A DNA stretch of 52,569 nt, counting the filler, from Trypethelium eluteriae (Eukaryota), in NCBI GenBank assembly GCA_051942245.1. It is 2 parts of 2 records of this genome, joined end to end, with 100 filler letters (N's around TTAATTAATTAA, not from the genome) between each part and the next. Parts side by side here need not be neighbours in the genome. Positions count along the whole stretch, not along the records: positions 1 to 26,257 come from JAVECL010000358.1; positions 26,358 to 52,569 come from JAVECL010000359.1. The stretch is one strand, 5' to 3'. Made by a program: the position numbers and the translations under genes. Shown here in pieces: positions 25,368-36,467 of the stretch. How positions within the stretch are numbered: the stretch's first letter is position 1; each line of letters opens with the position of its first letter. The notes under the pieces were generated by a model. It searched no databases, was not told the DNA's origin, and worked only from the letters and a program-made list of their open reading frames with translations.

Positions 25368-26257
25368 ATGTTCAGCAAGCAGGTTCTTGCCGGAGTCCTC
25401 TCCTTCCTCCTAATTGCAGAGACTGTCTCTGCCATCCCACGACACTCTTTTCTTTCATCCGCCTTTCTTGAAAAGCGTGAAGCGTTTAACAGCATCACTT
25501 CTTATACTGGAGATCCAAAACCTCCCAAGGAGTTCGCCACAGACTCAGGCCCCCAAGCGAAATCGAATTACCAGTACCAATGCTTTGGCCAAAAGGGCCT
25601 AGCCTATCCCAAATCAACGCAGTTCATTTCTTTCGACTCCATGTGGGATGCCAACAAGGCGGATGTCGTAGGGTCCAACGGCGGTGACCAAGGCGCTGCG
25701 AACTCGATCAAAAATGCTATCCTGGAGGTTTCCAAGAAGACCAACATGTTCCCACAATATACCCTCGCCATCGTAATGCAGGAGGTATGATCCATCTCTA
25801 CTTTCCCTCCCATCTCCATCCCCACCTACTCTCCACCCTCACAAACCCATCCCTCTCACCAATACTAACTCCCCCACCCCCTCCAGTCCGTCGGCAACCT
25901 CAAAGCCAAATGCACCTCCACATCCAAAGGCCAACCCGACGAATGCGGCCTCATGCAAGCCTCCCTCGGCGGCACCAACGCAAACGGCAACTCCTCCGCC
26001 ACCCAACAAATCGAAGACGGCCTCCTCGGCACCAAGACAGGCGGCTACAACGGCAAGGGGCGCTGCGGTTTCGTGCAGATCTTCATGGGCATCACCGACT
26101 GTGTCGGCGAGGCGGGCACCGCCATCATGAAGTCGAAGCCGGCGTCCGTGTGGCCTTTCTGGGCCGCGGCGCGTCTGTATAATAGTGGTGGCGCGGATGA
26201 GAATGATTTGGAGACGTGCCCGCAGAGTCAGGGGACCCCGAGTTATGTGATGGATAT
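25368..26257 (+). CDS. Secreted lysozyme-like/SLT-fold (GH23-like) protein, 3' end lost in gap; exons 25368-25784, 25887->26257
   Basis: Signal peptide and EKR processing site. The splice gives YTLAIVMQE|SVGN (catalytic Glu-Ser), followed by CGLMQ, AAARLYNSG and GTPSYVMDI, matching lytic transglycosylase/goose-lysozyme motifs. Confidence 0.78.
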
Positions 26258-26357
26258 NNNNNNNNNNNNNNNNNNNNNNNNNNNNNNNNNNNNNNNNNNN
26301 NTTAATTAATTAANNNNNNNNNNNNNNNNNNNNNNNNNNNNNNNNNNNNNNNNNNNN
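26258..26357. other. Artificial scaffold gap/linker N44-TTAATTAATTAA-N44
   Basis: Exactly 100 bp with a six-frame stop linker in the centre; both flanking genes are truncated. Confidence 0.98.
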
Positions 26358-27206
26358 GGGCGTGGTGGGGCGTAGAAGATGCCGTTTGTGGCGTCGGCGG
26401 CTTGTTGGAGGAAGGCGGAAGGGCTGGTGGAGGGATTCAGAGATAGCACGTCAATGGGGACGCGGAGGCGCTGAGCGGCGAAGATGCCGTTCATGAGAGG
26501 AATGTATTGTGTAGCAAGCGAGGTGGAGACGCTGAAGATGAAGATGCGGGACTGGAGACCGGTGAGCGGTGAGTTGGGATCGTTGGGGTCGGCGGTAGGT
26601 GGAGCGTCGTAAGTGTAGGACGGGTTTGGATCAGTGGAGCGGGTCGCATTGTAGGCTTCGGAGGTCTTGGAAATATAGCAGAGTGCGGTGGAAAGGGCGC
26701 CGGCCATCATGGTGCTTGTGGTCGATTCCAGAGATGAAGGGTCGGTCGTGGACATGAGGGACCGTAGGCTTGCCATGAGTTCTTCCTCCACTTGTGCGAA
26801 AGGCTTATATTTGTTGCTGTTGTATACTGCGTTGCCGTTGGATATCGATGTATCGCCATCAGGTCCTGGAACTGCACCGTTTGATATATTCTTTCGAGTC
26901 CTAGCCGGAGTAGGATAGAGCCAGACTGCTCGGTCCGTATGGCTTGCTATTACTGCCACCTGATTCGCATGACTGAATGCTAAGTGGGCGTTAATGAAGA
27001 TTTGCAAGTTGGCTACTGCATCAAGGAGCGTGATTGTCTCGCGGAGGATGGTCCAGGCGTATGGATTCGTGTCAAGGATAATGACGAGCAAAGCTGGCGG
27101 AGGACCTATACATTCTCATCAGTGTATGCTTCTTTTCAAGCTCGATATGCCATCCGAGACCTTCTGAGCTTGCCTCCTGGCGTTCCGTTCCGTCGATGGC
27201 ATTCAT
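26358..27206 (-). CDS. TFB4: TFIIH subunit Tfb4/p34, 3' end lost in gap
   Basis: MNAIDGTERQ..., short intron, then LLVIILDTNPYAW, QIFINAHLAFSHANQVAVIASH, MAGALSTALCYI, QYIPLMNGIFAAQRLRVPIDVL, FLQQAADATNGIF. Confidence 0.94.
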
Positions 27207-28676
27207 CTTGACATGCTGTGTCCGCAACTATTGATAGAATTGATGTTGAAATACACTTCATATAGGAGAAGTTTTTCTTGAAGTGCGCCAAGTTCTGAGA
27301 GCCTCGAGTCCGCACACAGCCCGATCAACGCTGTCGCCCATATCAGCGCGAGGCGGTCCCATGGTACTCTCACACGAGCGTGAAGTTTTCGTTGAGGAAG
27401 TCGCGTCGCTCACCCCCGAGTACTTTCTGCTCTTTTCTACCTCCCCGTGCTCCCCCACCACCGTATTTCGCATGGAACAACTCTGTTTGAATTCGACAGC
27501 GCCGAAAGCTTCAGTAGCATGCTTGTAGCTCTGTGATCTGGGGGAACTTGGAAGTCTACGACGAATCATTCCCATCAGTCTGATCTCACAGTTGTGCATA
27601 GCCAAAGTGCTTTTTCTCGTTGATAACTTTAGTTTCCTCCACACTGGCTTGGCCTCCCTTTTCCCAGTTATATTCCGCTTTCTTAATTTGCATTTCCTGA
27701 AAAATTGCGCTAATTTGGTGACTTTGACGCATTCTGATTCACATACACGCCCCTGCGAAATCTGAATCCATGCTCGAAGGAATTCGGGGGCCCCGAGTCT
27801 GAGCAAACCCGGGTCAGCCAAAATAATTCGAGCAAGCCTCGATATACCCTTGTTCAAACTGCGGACATCTGCACTGAACGAGGTGTAATTATAGTAAAAT
27901 GGAAATGTGTGGAATTGGGATTTTTTCTCTACGATATAACCTCACATATCACTCATCCAGCTGGGGCCAAATGCTGTAGAATATCCGCTTCTCGTGATTT
28001 AACCTAGTTTGGCAGACAAACCGAATAGCTACTACAGCTTCATCTGGCTTCCTTCGAGAAATAAAACAGCTTTTCTGGCAGGGCGAGTACGCAGCGTTGA
28101 TCAACTCCTCCCAAAATTCCATCAGTACACTATCGTAGTGGGACAAGCCTAATACACCCCTTGGGTTGGACGTCAAGAACTTTGACTTAGTGGTATCGTC
28201 CGTTGGCTGAGAAGTTGAGGCAGAGCAAAGTGACTAGACTTACACCAAGCATTCTGATCTACTACTGACGAGTCTTGCACGTAGACAAGGTGCCTTCGAC
28301 CAAGGGGTCGATGGTAGTGGACTCGTCAAGTATGCTGCAGAACAATGCTACCAAATTGACGGATCTTGCGATTTCCGAAGATCTGGAGTCTCTTGTCACG
28401 AAGATGTCATTTTGTTTATTGAAGAGGCTTCTTAAAACATTTCCATTATCCTCTCCAATTGGCTATTTCGATTGATTTTTCTATCTGTAGAAATGTTCAC
28501 GTCTTTACCTTTCTACTTCTTTATTGTCCAAATCCCGTGATCTTGTACAGACCCACATTGTGTAATCTACCTCAAAGCCCCTGTTTACATCAAACCCAGC
28601 TGAATGCTCCACGGTGCCACAATTAACATGTACAACAATAAAAAGACTTTGCCGGTTCGAAAATTTTCAGCCTCGA

Positions 28677-28729
28677 CGGCTAAAATAGGGAATGCCGATG
28701 AATGTGGGGATGATCCTTGGCTGCCCCGC
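28677..28729. promoter_or_regulatory. XlnR-type site (CGGCTAAA) next to CreA-type SYGGRG sites in the beta-galactosidase promoter
   Basis: GGCTAAA at 28678, GTGGGG near 28704 and CCCCGC near 28724, about 340-390 bp upstream of the ATG. Short motifs that could be chance. Confidence 0.35.
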
Positions 28730-29066
28730 AAAGTACGCGTTTTGGTCCAGTTCCGCCGCGTCCTGGCCTGATCCCCTCAAAAGTCCACGAATGAACCTCC
28801 CTTCGCCGTTGAAGGTGGCGTCGGTGGCTTGATGGTACCTGATCAACACCGTTCATCACCTTCCCAGCTGTTCTAGCGAGGCTCGAAATAAGCACGTATC
28901 CAAGGATGAAGATTCTCTCGGTGCGAGATGCTGCGGATGGTAAACCTTGTCCGATCCAGCCTGACGCAATGCCCTTGCCAAAGCTACTGTATATACCTGG
29001 GTCCATGTCCCGCCTGGAAATTTCTTGTCGAGTGTTGGAGGCCCGTCGCGGATTGTGTAGGTTATC

Positions 29067-32000
29067 ATGGCTCTTCTAAAGTTGCTGCAAGCATTGGCCG
29101 TCTCTTGTTTGGCCCTACAAACCACTGGTCTCGCCTTTGGAGGAAAGCCAGGGAGATTGATCAAGCCATACAAAAGAGCTCCCCTTCAAAACATTGTACG
29201 TCAATCATCCGCCTATCTTCTGTTTTCAAAGTTTCTATCTAATGTATCATTAGGTTACGTGGGATCAAGACTCGCTTTTCGTATACGGTGAACGAGTTCT
29301 CTTCTACAGTGGAGAATTCCATCCTTACCGGTATGACATATCCAAGATAAAGCTCTGGAAAGACGACATTTGACATTGCTGAACAGACTTCCTGTGCCTG
29401 GTCTCTGGCTTGACGTCTTCCAAAAAATCAAGGCTCTTGGTTACAGTGGTGTCTCGTTCTACGTTGATTGGGCTTTAGTCGAAGGGAAACCAGGCGACTT
29501 CTCTGCGGAAGGAATATTCGCCTTCGAACCATTCTTTGAAGCTGCTAGTCAAGCTGGGATCTACCTACTCGCGGTATGGTTCCAAGATGCGTAGTAGTCG
29601 AGAATATAAGAGCTGATCAGAGTAGCGTCCTGGACCGTACATCAATGCCGAGTCATCCGGAGGTGGCTATCCGGGGTGGCTGCAGAGGATTCCCGGGCTG
29701 CTTCGAACTCCAGATCCGAGTTACCTGAATGCCACAGACAAGTAAGCCAACAACGATAACATGCTGCTATTTTCTGGACTGATGCTTACGTTTAATAGCT
29801 ACGCACAGAACATTGGCGAGATTATTGCTAAGGCCCAAATCACCAATGGAGGTCCCGTGATATTGGTACAGCCTGAGAACGAGTACTCCCAGGCAGTTTC
29901 AGGCATCACGTTCCCAGATCCAACATACTTCGGCTATGTTGAAGATCAGCTCCGCAATGCGGGCATCATCGTGCCGTTCCTCAGCAACGACGCATACCCT
30001 CATGGATATTTCGCACCAGGGCAGCCAGCTGCTGTTGATATCTACGGTCACGATGGTTATCCACTTGGTTTCGACTGTGCTAATCCGTATACCTGGCCTG
30101 ACAATGCGCTACCTACTTACTACCGAAATTTGCACGAAGAGCAAAGCCCTTCCACGCCTTTCTCACTTACGGAATTCCAAGGTGGCTCATTTGACCCCTG
30201 GGGTGGCCTTGGCTTCAACCAGTGTGCGATCCTCCTGGACTCCGAATTTGAGCGCGTCTTCTACAAGAACGATTTTAGCTTCGGTGTCACCATCTTTAAT
30301 ATATACATGACTTATGGCGGTACTAACTGGGGTAACCTTGGACATCCTGGCGGTTACACCAGCTACGACTACGGTGCTGTCATCTCAGAAGATCGCACCG
30401 TCACACGTGAAAAGTACAGCGAAGCTAAGCTAGAGGCCAACTTCTTGCAAGCATCACCGGCCTACCTTACAGCTATTCCCCAGAACAACAGCAACGCCAA
30501 CGGATCGTACTCGAATAATCCAAACATTGCAATCACCGCACTGCTTGGCAACGAGACCAAGACAAATTTCTTCGTCGTTCGGTGAGTCTTAAAGCTTCAT
30601 GTATGCTTTTTCGTTGCTAATAACAATTCCTTTAGGCACGCCGCATACAACTCCTTGGACTCAACTAATTACACTTTGACGGTCCCGACAAGCCAGGGCA
30701 ACATTACCGTTCCGCAGCTTCAGGGAACACTGACTCTCAATGGTCGAGACTCTAAGATTCACGTGACGGACTACGATGTCGGTGGCGTCAACTTGCTTTA
30801 CTCGTCTGCTGAAATCTTCACGTGGAAAAAGGACGCTTCGAAGACAGTTCTTGTTGTCTATGGTGGCCCTAATGAGCAGCACGAACTCGCCCTCCAGAAC
30901 GGCGGCAATGCTAGTGTAATCGAAGGAGACGGAGTGACTACTCAGACGATCAATGGCTCGACTATCTTGAACTGGGAGGTCAGCCCTACTCGAAGGATTG
31001 TTCAGCTCGGTAGCCTCTACGTGTACATTTTGGACCGCTACTCTGCGTACAACTATTGGGTCCTTGATCTACCTTCTTCAACGACTGGCAACTTTACTTC
31101 GGGCAATGCCAGCTCTACTCAAGCTATCGTTCTGCGCGCAGGTTATCTCATGCGGACTGCCGAACTGAGCGGCTCGAGCCTCTCCTTGACAGGTGACCTG
31201 AACGCTACAGCCCCTCTCGAGATCATTAGCGGAGTGCCCAAAATTGGTTCTCTTTCATTCAACGGGCAAGCTCTTACGTACCAGCAAGCTGCCAATGGCG
31301 TCGTTACGTCCAATCTCAGCTACACTGCTCCTGCCTTCTCGGTTCCCGATCTCAGCACTTTGACATGGCGGTATCTCGACTCCCTTCCTGAGATTAACTC
31401 AAGCTATGATGATAGCCTTTGGACCGTTGCGGATCTGACCTATTCCAATAACACGGCACGAAACTTGACCACCCCAACGTCTCTCTACGCGTCAGACTAT
31501 GGCTACAACACTGGTACACTCCTCTACCGCGGCCATTTCACTGCCACCGGTGCGGAGTCTAGCATCTACCTTTCCACCCAGGGAGGTTCCGCATTTGGCA
31601 TGTCTGCCTACCTCAATAGCACCTATTTGGGCTCCTATCCCGGCATCGACGCTGCGTCAAACGCAAACACGACCTTCCCTCTAAGTGTCACCGCCGGCGC
31701 TAACTACGTCATCACCGTAATCGTCGACAACATGGGTCTTAACGAAAACGGTCAGGCGGGCAGCAGCGAGATGAAAGACCCACGTGGCGTGATCGACTAC
31801 AGCCTTGCTGGACGCAACCAGTCGGCAATTACGTGGAAGCTAACAGGCAACCTCCACGGAGAGGACTATGTTGATCGCACAAGAGGTCCACTTAACGAGG
31901 GTGGGATGTATGCCGAGCGTCAGGGTTACCATCTCCCGGGTGCACCGATCAACAGTAGTCAATTTGCGGACAGTGCGGGACCGACGGCTGGGATCAGTCA

Positions 32001-32443
32001 GGCGGGCATTGGATTCTACGGCGTGGAGTTTGACTTGGATCTGCCCGAGGGTTACGATATCCCGCTGTACTTTAACTTCGCCAACTCGACGAATACAACG
32101 GTGGCGGATTATCGGGTACAGCTCTACGTGAATGGGTACCAGTTTGGTAAATATGGTGAGTCTAGACTTCATTTGACCGTTCTGAGGAACTCTGTAAAGG
32201 CAAAATATGCTGACGAAGGTCGTAGTTCATAACATTGGTCCACAAGACTCGTATCCGGTCCCTGAGGGTATCCTCGATTATCATGGCACAAACTATGTCG
32301 CGGTCACGTTGTGGGCACTCCAGTCCAACGGTGCGCAGGTGCAAAGTCTACAGTTAGTAAATGGCGAGGTCGTCCAGAGCGGGTATGGACCTGTGCAGCT
32401 AAGCCCGCTGACTGGTTACGCACCAAGAGACGGTGCTTATTAG
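29067..32443 (+). CDS. lacA: Secreted beta-galactosidase A (GH35), multi-exon
   Basis: Signal peptide; [97 protein letters not shown]. Confidence 0.97.
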
Positions 32444-32511
32444 ACTCCTTGTAAAGTGGTGCGCGAATTGCCAGGAGTATCTTCGTTCATAATTAAGTAG
32501 TCCAGTGTAAA

Positions 32512-34305
32512 TTAATCGAGGCTGGTTCTACTTCCCATTTCAGCACTCTTTCTCAGCACTGCAACGCCTTCAACATGACTAGTCTGGGGAAAGAAGTCAA
32601 AGCCCTGTAGACTTTCGATTTCGTATGCACCCTTGCCGATTCCCTTCCCACCGTCGCTACCCTCCATGCCTCCAACCAAAATGCCAACATCTCGCGCTTG
32701 GGTATGCACATTGCAGCTCACGTATACAATACGAGTTGGTCCATACCGCAGTAGTTGACGTAGAAACTTCTCATCACATCCTTTTCTGGGTGGGTCGATG
32801 ACGACGGCGGTTTCTTCCGGGGCGAATGTGACTTCTCCGAATAGGTCGGAAGCATCCGCAGCACGAAATGTAGCATGGGATGGATCGAGATTGTTGAGCT
32901 TGGCATTCTTATTGGCCGAAGCAATGCTCGTCTGCGAAATTTCTATACCGACGGAATTTTCGAAGAGAGATGATAATGTGATGGTGAAGAGTCCACTGCC
33001 TGAGTATGCATCGATGAGATTGGTAACTTTTGGGGAGGGAGGGTCAGAATCGGGCGGTAGGATGTTTGATCGGATGTATGAAGCGAAGATAGGAAGGATG
33101 GAGTTGTTGTTCTGGAAAAATGCACCAGCAGGGTTCGTGAATACAAAATCGTCTACGTATTCCGTCGTAATGGCGTTCTGATCGGTGATGCACGTCTTTT
33201 TGTGGATATATTGCCCCCGATCTTCGATGATTGCATCTTTTCCATTGGCCGGGGAAGAGACATTGGTGGTATTGACTTTTTCGGGTGCACTTTCTGAGGA
33301 TTTTAATATGCGCTCCGTACTCTCGCGAAGGCAAAGAGTCGCGCCTCGCTTATAGGTATCAAGCTGCTCCGCAACACGCTTTCTCTCTACTTGCATACCT
33401 GCGCGTACGGCGTCAGTACCTATTGGGCAGTCCTCAATGTCGAGTGTCGCTCGTGTGCCTTTCTTCATGAATCCAATAGGTGGTACCTCACTCCATTTCG
33501 GAGTTTCTCCCTTGCGGCGAAACTTTCTGGTCCCGGGAGGGGCGTCAAAATGAGGTGTCAGCTTCGTTCTATAGCCATATTGCAATGGAGATCCTATTGT
33601 ATCACCAACTTGAGGAACAGAGTCGGATGAGAAGCCTGAGAAATTCCGATATGCTTTCTCGATGATCCGTTTCTTGTGAGCCAGCTGGTCTGGATACGAA
33701 AGCATCTGAAATTGGCAGCCTGAGCATTCTGCAAAGTACCGACATGTGATCAGATTGTCGTCTCTCTGAGATGAGGCTGTGACAATTCTGACGAGGTCAG
33801 TGAGGAGGAACGGTCGGTCTTTATTTTGCGGAAAGATTTTGACACGAGCTTTGTCTCCTGGAATGGCGAAAGGCACTACAAGGACCTGATTGGAGCTAGG
33901 ATGTAAAGCAAGACCATCTCCTGTAGAAGACAATTCTTCGATAGATACTTCAAGTTCTTCAGGAAGTTCATGGGGTTCGGTTGAGGCTGGCACTGTATTT
34001 CCTATCGATCCTGATTTTGTAGATGCGTCTTCCTCGCCTTGGAGCCTCAACATGGACAAAACATCTGTAAGCAGGACGTCCTCATTAGAACCATCCTTAC
34101 CTGGTGCATTCAGAATCTTCTGTCTTTTGCTCTTTTTCTCGAATCGTGACTTTCCTTTATTAAATGGTCGTTTTTTGGTGCCATTGCTCTCAACTGGGTG
34201 TGCATTGGCTGCTGAAGGCGACATAATCAAAGCGCAAGACGAACTGACTCCGGGCAGGATCTGTCTTGAGCCTCGAAAAGCGCGCTGGAAAGCCCTACTA
34301 AGCAT
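32512..34305 (-). CDS. TRM2: tRNA (uracil-54 C5)-methyltransferase, Trm2/RlmD family
   Basis: TRAM-like N-terminus, CRYFAECSGCQFQ cluster, FFQNN, DAYSGSGLF, VIDPPRKGC, VYVSCN, DFFPQTSHVE. Confidence 0.95.
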   Translation of the reverse strand: MLSRAFQRAFRGSRQILPGVSSSCALIMSPSAANAHPVESNGTKKRPFNKGKSRFEKKSKRQKILNAPGKDGSNEDVLLTDVLSMLRLQGEEDASTKSGSIGNTVPASTEPHELPEELEVSIEELSSTGDGLALHPSSNQVLVVPFAIPGDKARVKIFPQNKDRPFLLTDLVRIVTASSQRDDNLITCRYFAECSGCQFQMLSYPDQLAHKKRIIEKAYRNFSGFSSDSVPQVGDTIGSPLQYGYRTKLTPHFDAPPGTRKFRRKGETPKWSEVPPIGFMKKGTRATLDIEDCPIGTDAVRAGMQVERKRVAEQLDTYKRGATLCLRESTERILKSSESAPEKVNTTNVSSPANGKDAIIEDRGQYIHKKTCITDQNAITTEYVDDFVFTNPAGAFFQNNNSILPIFASYIRSNILPPDSDPPSPKVTNLIDAYSGSGLFTITLSSLFENSVGIEISQTSIASANKNAKLNNLDPSHATFRAADASDLFGEVTFAPEETAVVIDPPRKGCDEKFLRQLLRYGPTRIVYVSCNVHTQARDVGILVGGMEGSDGGKGIGKGAYEIESLQGFDFFPQTSHVEGVAVLRKSAEMGSRTSLD

Positions 34306-34453
34306 GTGGTAGCCGGAAACAATTCTAGTGGTGATGAACTTAGGTATGCCCTTGCTTGGTTTTTTTCCCTCCGCCGCAGCGAGCTTGGACCTCCGATCCC
34401 CAAATTTTTCACCTTATCAGACACGACAGCTCTGAAGAGCATTGCTACTGTTT

Positions 34454-35786
34454 ATGATGGGTGGTATACGACCCCCGAAAATCGTTCTGTCGGCGCTTCG
34501 ATTCTCCTCCAAACCATTCGTCTGTCCCCAATGTCGTCCCTTCCACAGCACCTCCCCCAAAAGAGGGAAACGGCGTCCTGTCCATGCAAACGTCAAGGCC
34601 GTGGACATGGGCCTCATTGAAGAGCGTATGGCACGGTTCCAGCCATATACCGAAGAAGAAAAAGCTTCCCTCTCTCAAAAATACACTCCCGAGCAAATGG
34701 AAGCCATCGAAGCTGGCGAAACTTCCATCTCAGCCCAAGACCTCGCAACGCAAGGGGCCATGCGCGACGACGAGCACAAACTCCCATACATCAGCGACCT
34801 CTCCACTATCGACCCCGTCATCGACCACCCAGTGACCCCTCGCTCTCGCCTTGACCCCCAGAACCGGCCACGTCCCAAGTCCGAAGAAGAGATCTCCCAC
34901 TCCCTCAACACCTTCCTCCAAAACATCGACGGCTCGGACCCCACCACCGGCCGCCCGCGCGACGCCGCCGTCGAGCTCCAAACCTTCCTCTCAGACCCCC
35001 ACAACCTGTTCGACTCCTCCGACCCGCAAGCCCTGCTCGAGGAGCTGCCCCCGCAGGAACCGCTCCTGCCGAAACTCAGCGCAGAAGGCGACGCGAGCAC
35101 GCGCAGCGGCAGAGGCAGCTCCAGCCGCAAAGAAGAAGAAGAAGAGGACCCGCACATGAAGCGGCTGATCAGGCAGACGGGCTACACCAAGCAGCAGATC
35201 CGGCGCCTCCGCCTCAAGTCGCTCGTCGCGCACCGCGTCACGAATCAGACCCGCATGGGCAAGATCCAGTCGATTTACCATTTGTCGGTTGCGGGCGATG
35301 GGAAGGGCATGCTGGGGATTGGAGAGGGGAAGGCGCATGAGGATGGGGATGCGAGGAGGCAGGCGATGATGGCGGCGATACGCAATATGAAGCCTGTGCC
35401 AAGGTATGAGGAGCGCACCATCTTTGGGGAGGTGACGGGGAAGGTGGGGGCGGTGGAGTTGAGGTTGAGTGCGAGACCACCTGGTGAGTGATACTGTCTT
35501 CCCTCGGCGCGAGTGGTTGTGGTGATTGTACGCTGGGGCAAATTTTGTGGCTGACATGGAATTAGGGTTCGGGCTGAGGTGCCAGCATCTGATTTTCGAG
35601 ATGGCGAGGGCGGCGGGGATCGGAGACCTCTCGGGGAAGGTGCTACGGTCGAGAAATAAGATGAACGTGTGCAAGGCGACATTTCAGGCGCTGATGCAGC
35701 AGAAGCTACCGGAGGACATTGCAAGAGCGCGAGGAAGGAAATTGGTAGATGTGAGGAAGGTCTACTATGGCGGCAAGACGTTTTGA
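34454..35786 (+). CDS. MRPS5: Mitochondrial 37S ribosomal protein S5 (uS5m); exons 34454-35483, 35566-35786
   Basis: Presequence ([11 protein letters not shown]); [75 protein letters not shown]. Confidence 0.94.
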
Positions 35787-35819
35787 ATAGGTATAGATGT
35801 ATCTTTGAGCACCAAGAAT

Positions 35820-36467
35820 TTACGGCTTGTAAATCTGGGCCAAACCTGCGGCACATCTGTATAGTGTACCATAGCCATGCCACTGATTCTCGAAGCTACG
35901 TGTCTTCGAGCCATTGTTAGATATGAAAAGTCTCATCTTCGAAAGAGGGCTAAGTATGTAATTCCTCCAACCCTTAACGCTGCTGAATATTCCTGCCCGC
36001 ATAACCCCCTTAAAAAGCTTATGTACCCAAACAAAGACCATGAATGATTCACATGCCACCATCTCAGCTAAATCTTGAGTACGCTCGCCCCTGTAGGAGT
36101 TCAGCGGACGAATCGCTTTCGCTAAGGGTTCCTTCCTCTGTTTCTTGACGACGCCAGATCCTTCAGCTTTCTTGGGACAATTCTTGCCAGAGATGGTTGC
36201 AGCAATCATTGCTGGGGCATCGGCTGAAGTACCATGAGTCTTGGGGTCTTGGGCGCAGATAGCGTAAAGGGCAGCAAAAAAGGGCACAATCAGCCTTCAC
36301 CGAACGTTTTCGAATAGAATTAGAGGGATCTGCGAGGAAGAGGAGAGATCGGAACAGCATTTGAATGGGACGCCGGTAGTGTACGCCTTGAGAGCATGGA
36401 AATCGGCTTCAGTGAGTTTTCCCAGAACTCGTAACAGCCCTGGTGACAAATTGAGCTGCTTGGCCAT
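35820..36467 (-). pseudogene. Decayed reading frame with one in-frame TGA (36297-36299), weak MAT1-1-1 alpha-box-like motif
   Basis: The ATG at 36467 (MAKQLNLSPGLLRVLGKLTEADFHALKAY) is in frame with the 35820-36287 ORF, which contains KKQRKEPLAKAIRPLNSY. Further broken protein-like frames lie upstream to about 37680. Confidence 0.25.

Noticed and set aside
26302..26313. TTAATTAATTAA palindrome as a biological site
   Set aside because: Synthetic six-frame stop linker inside N padding.
27258..27857. 199-aa minus-strand ORF upstream of TFB4
   Set aside because: Non-ATG start, no motifs, and it overlaps the TFB4 promoter.
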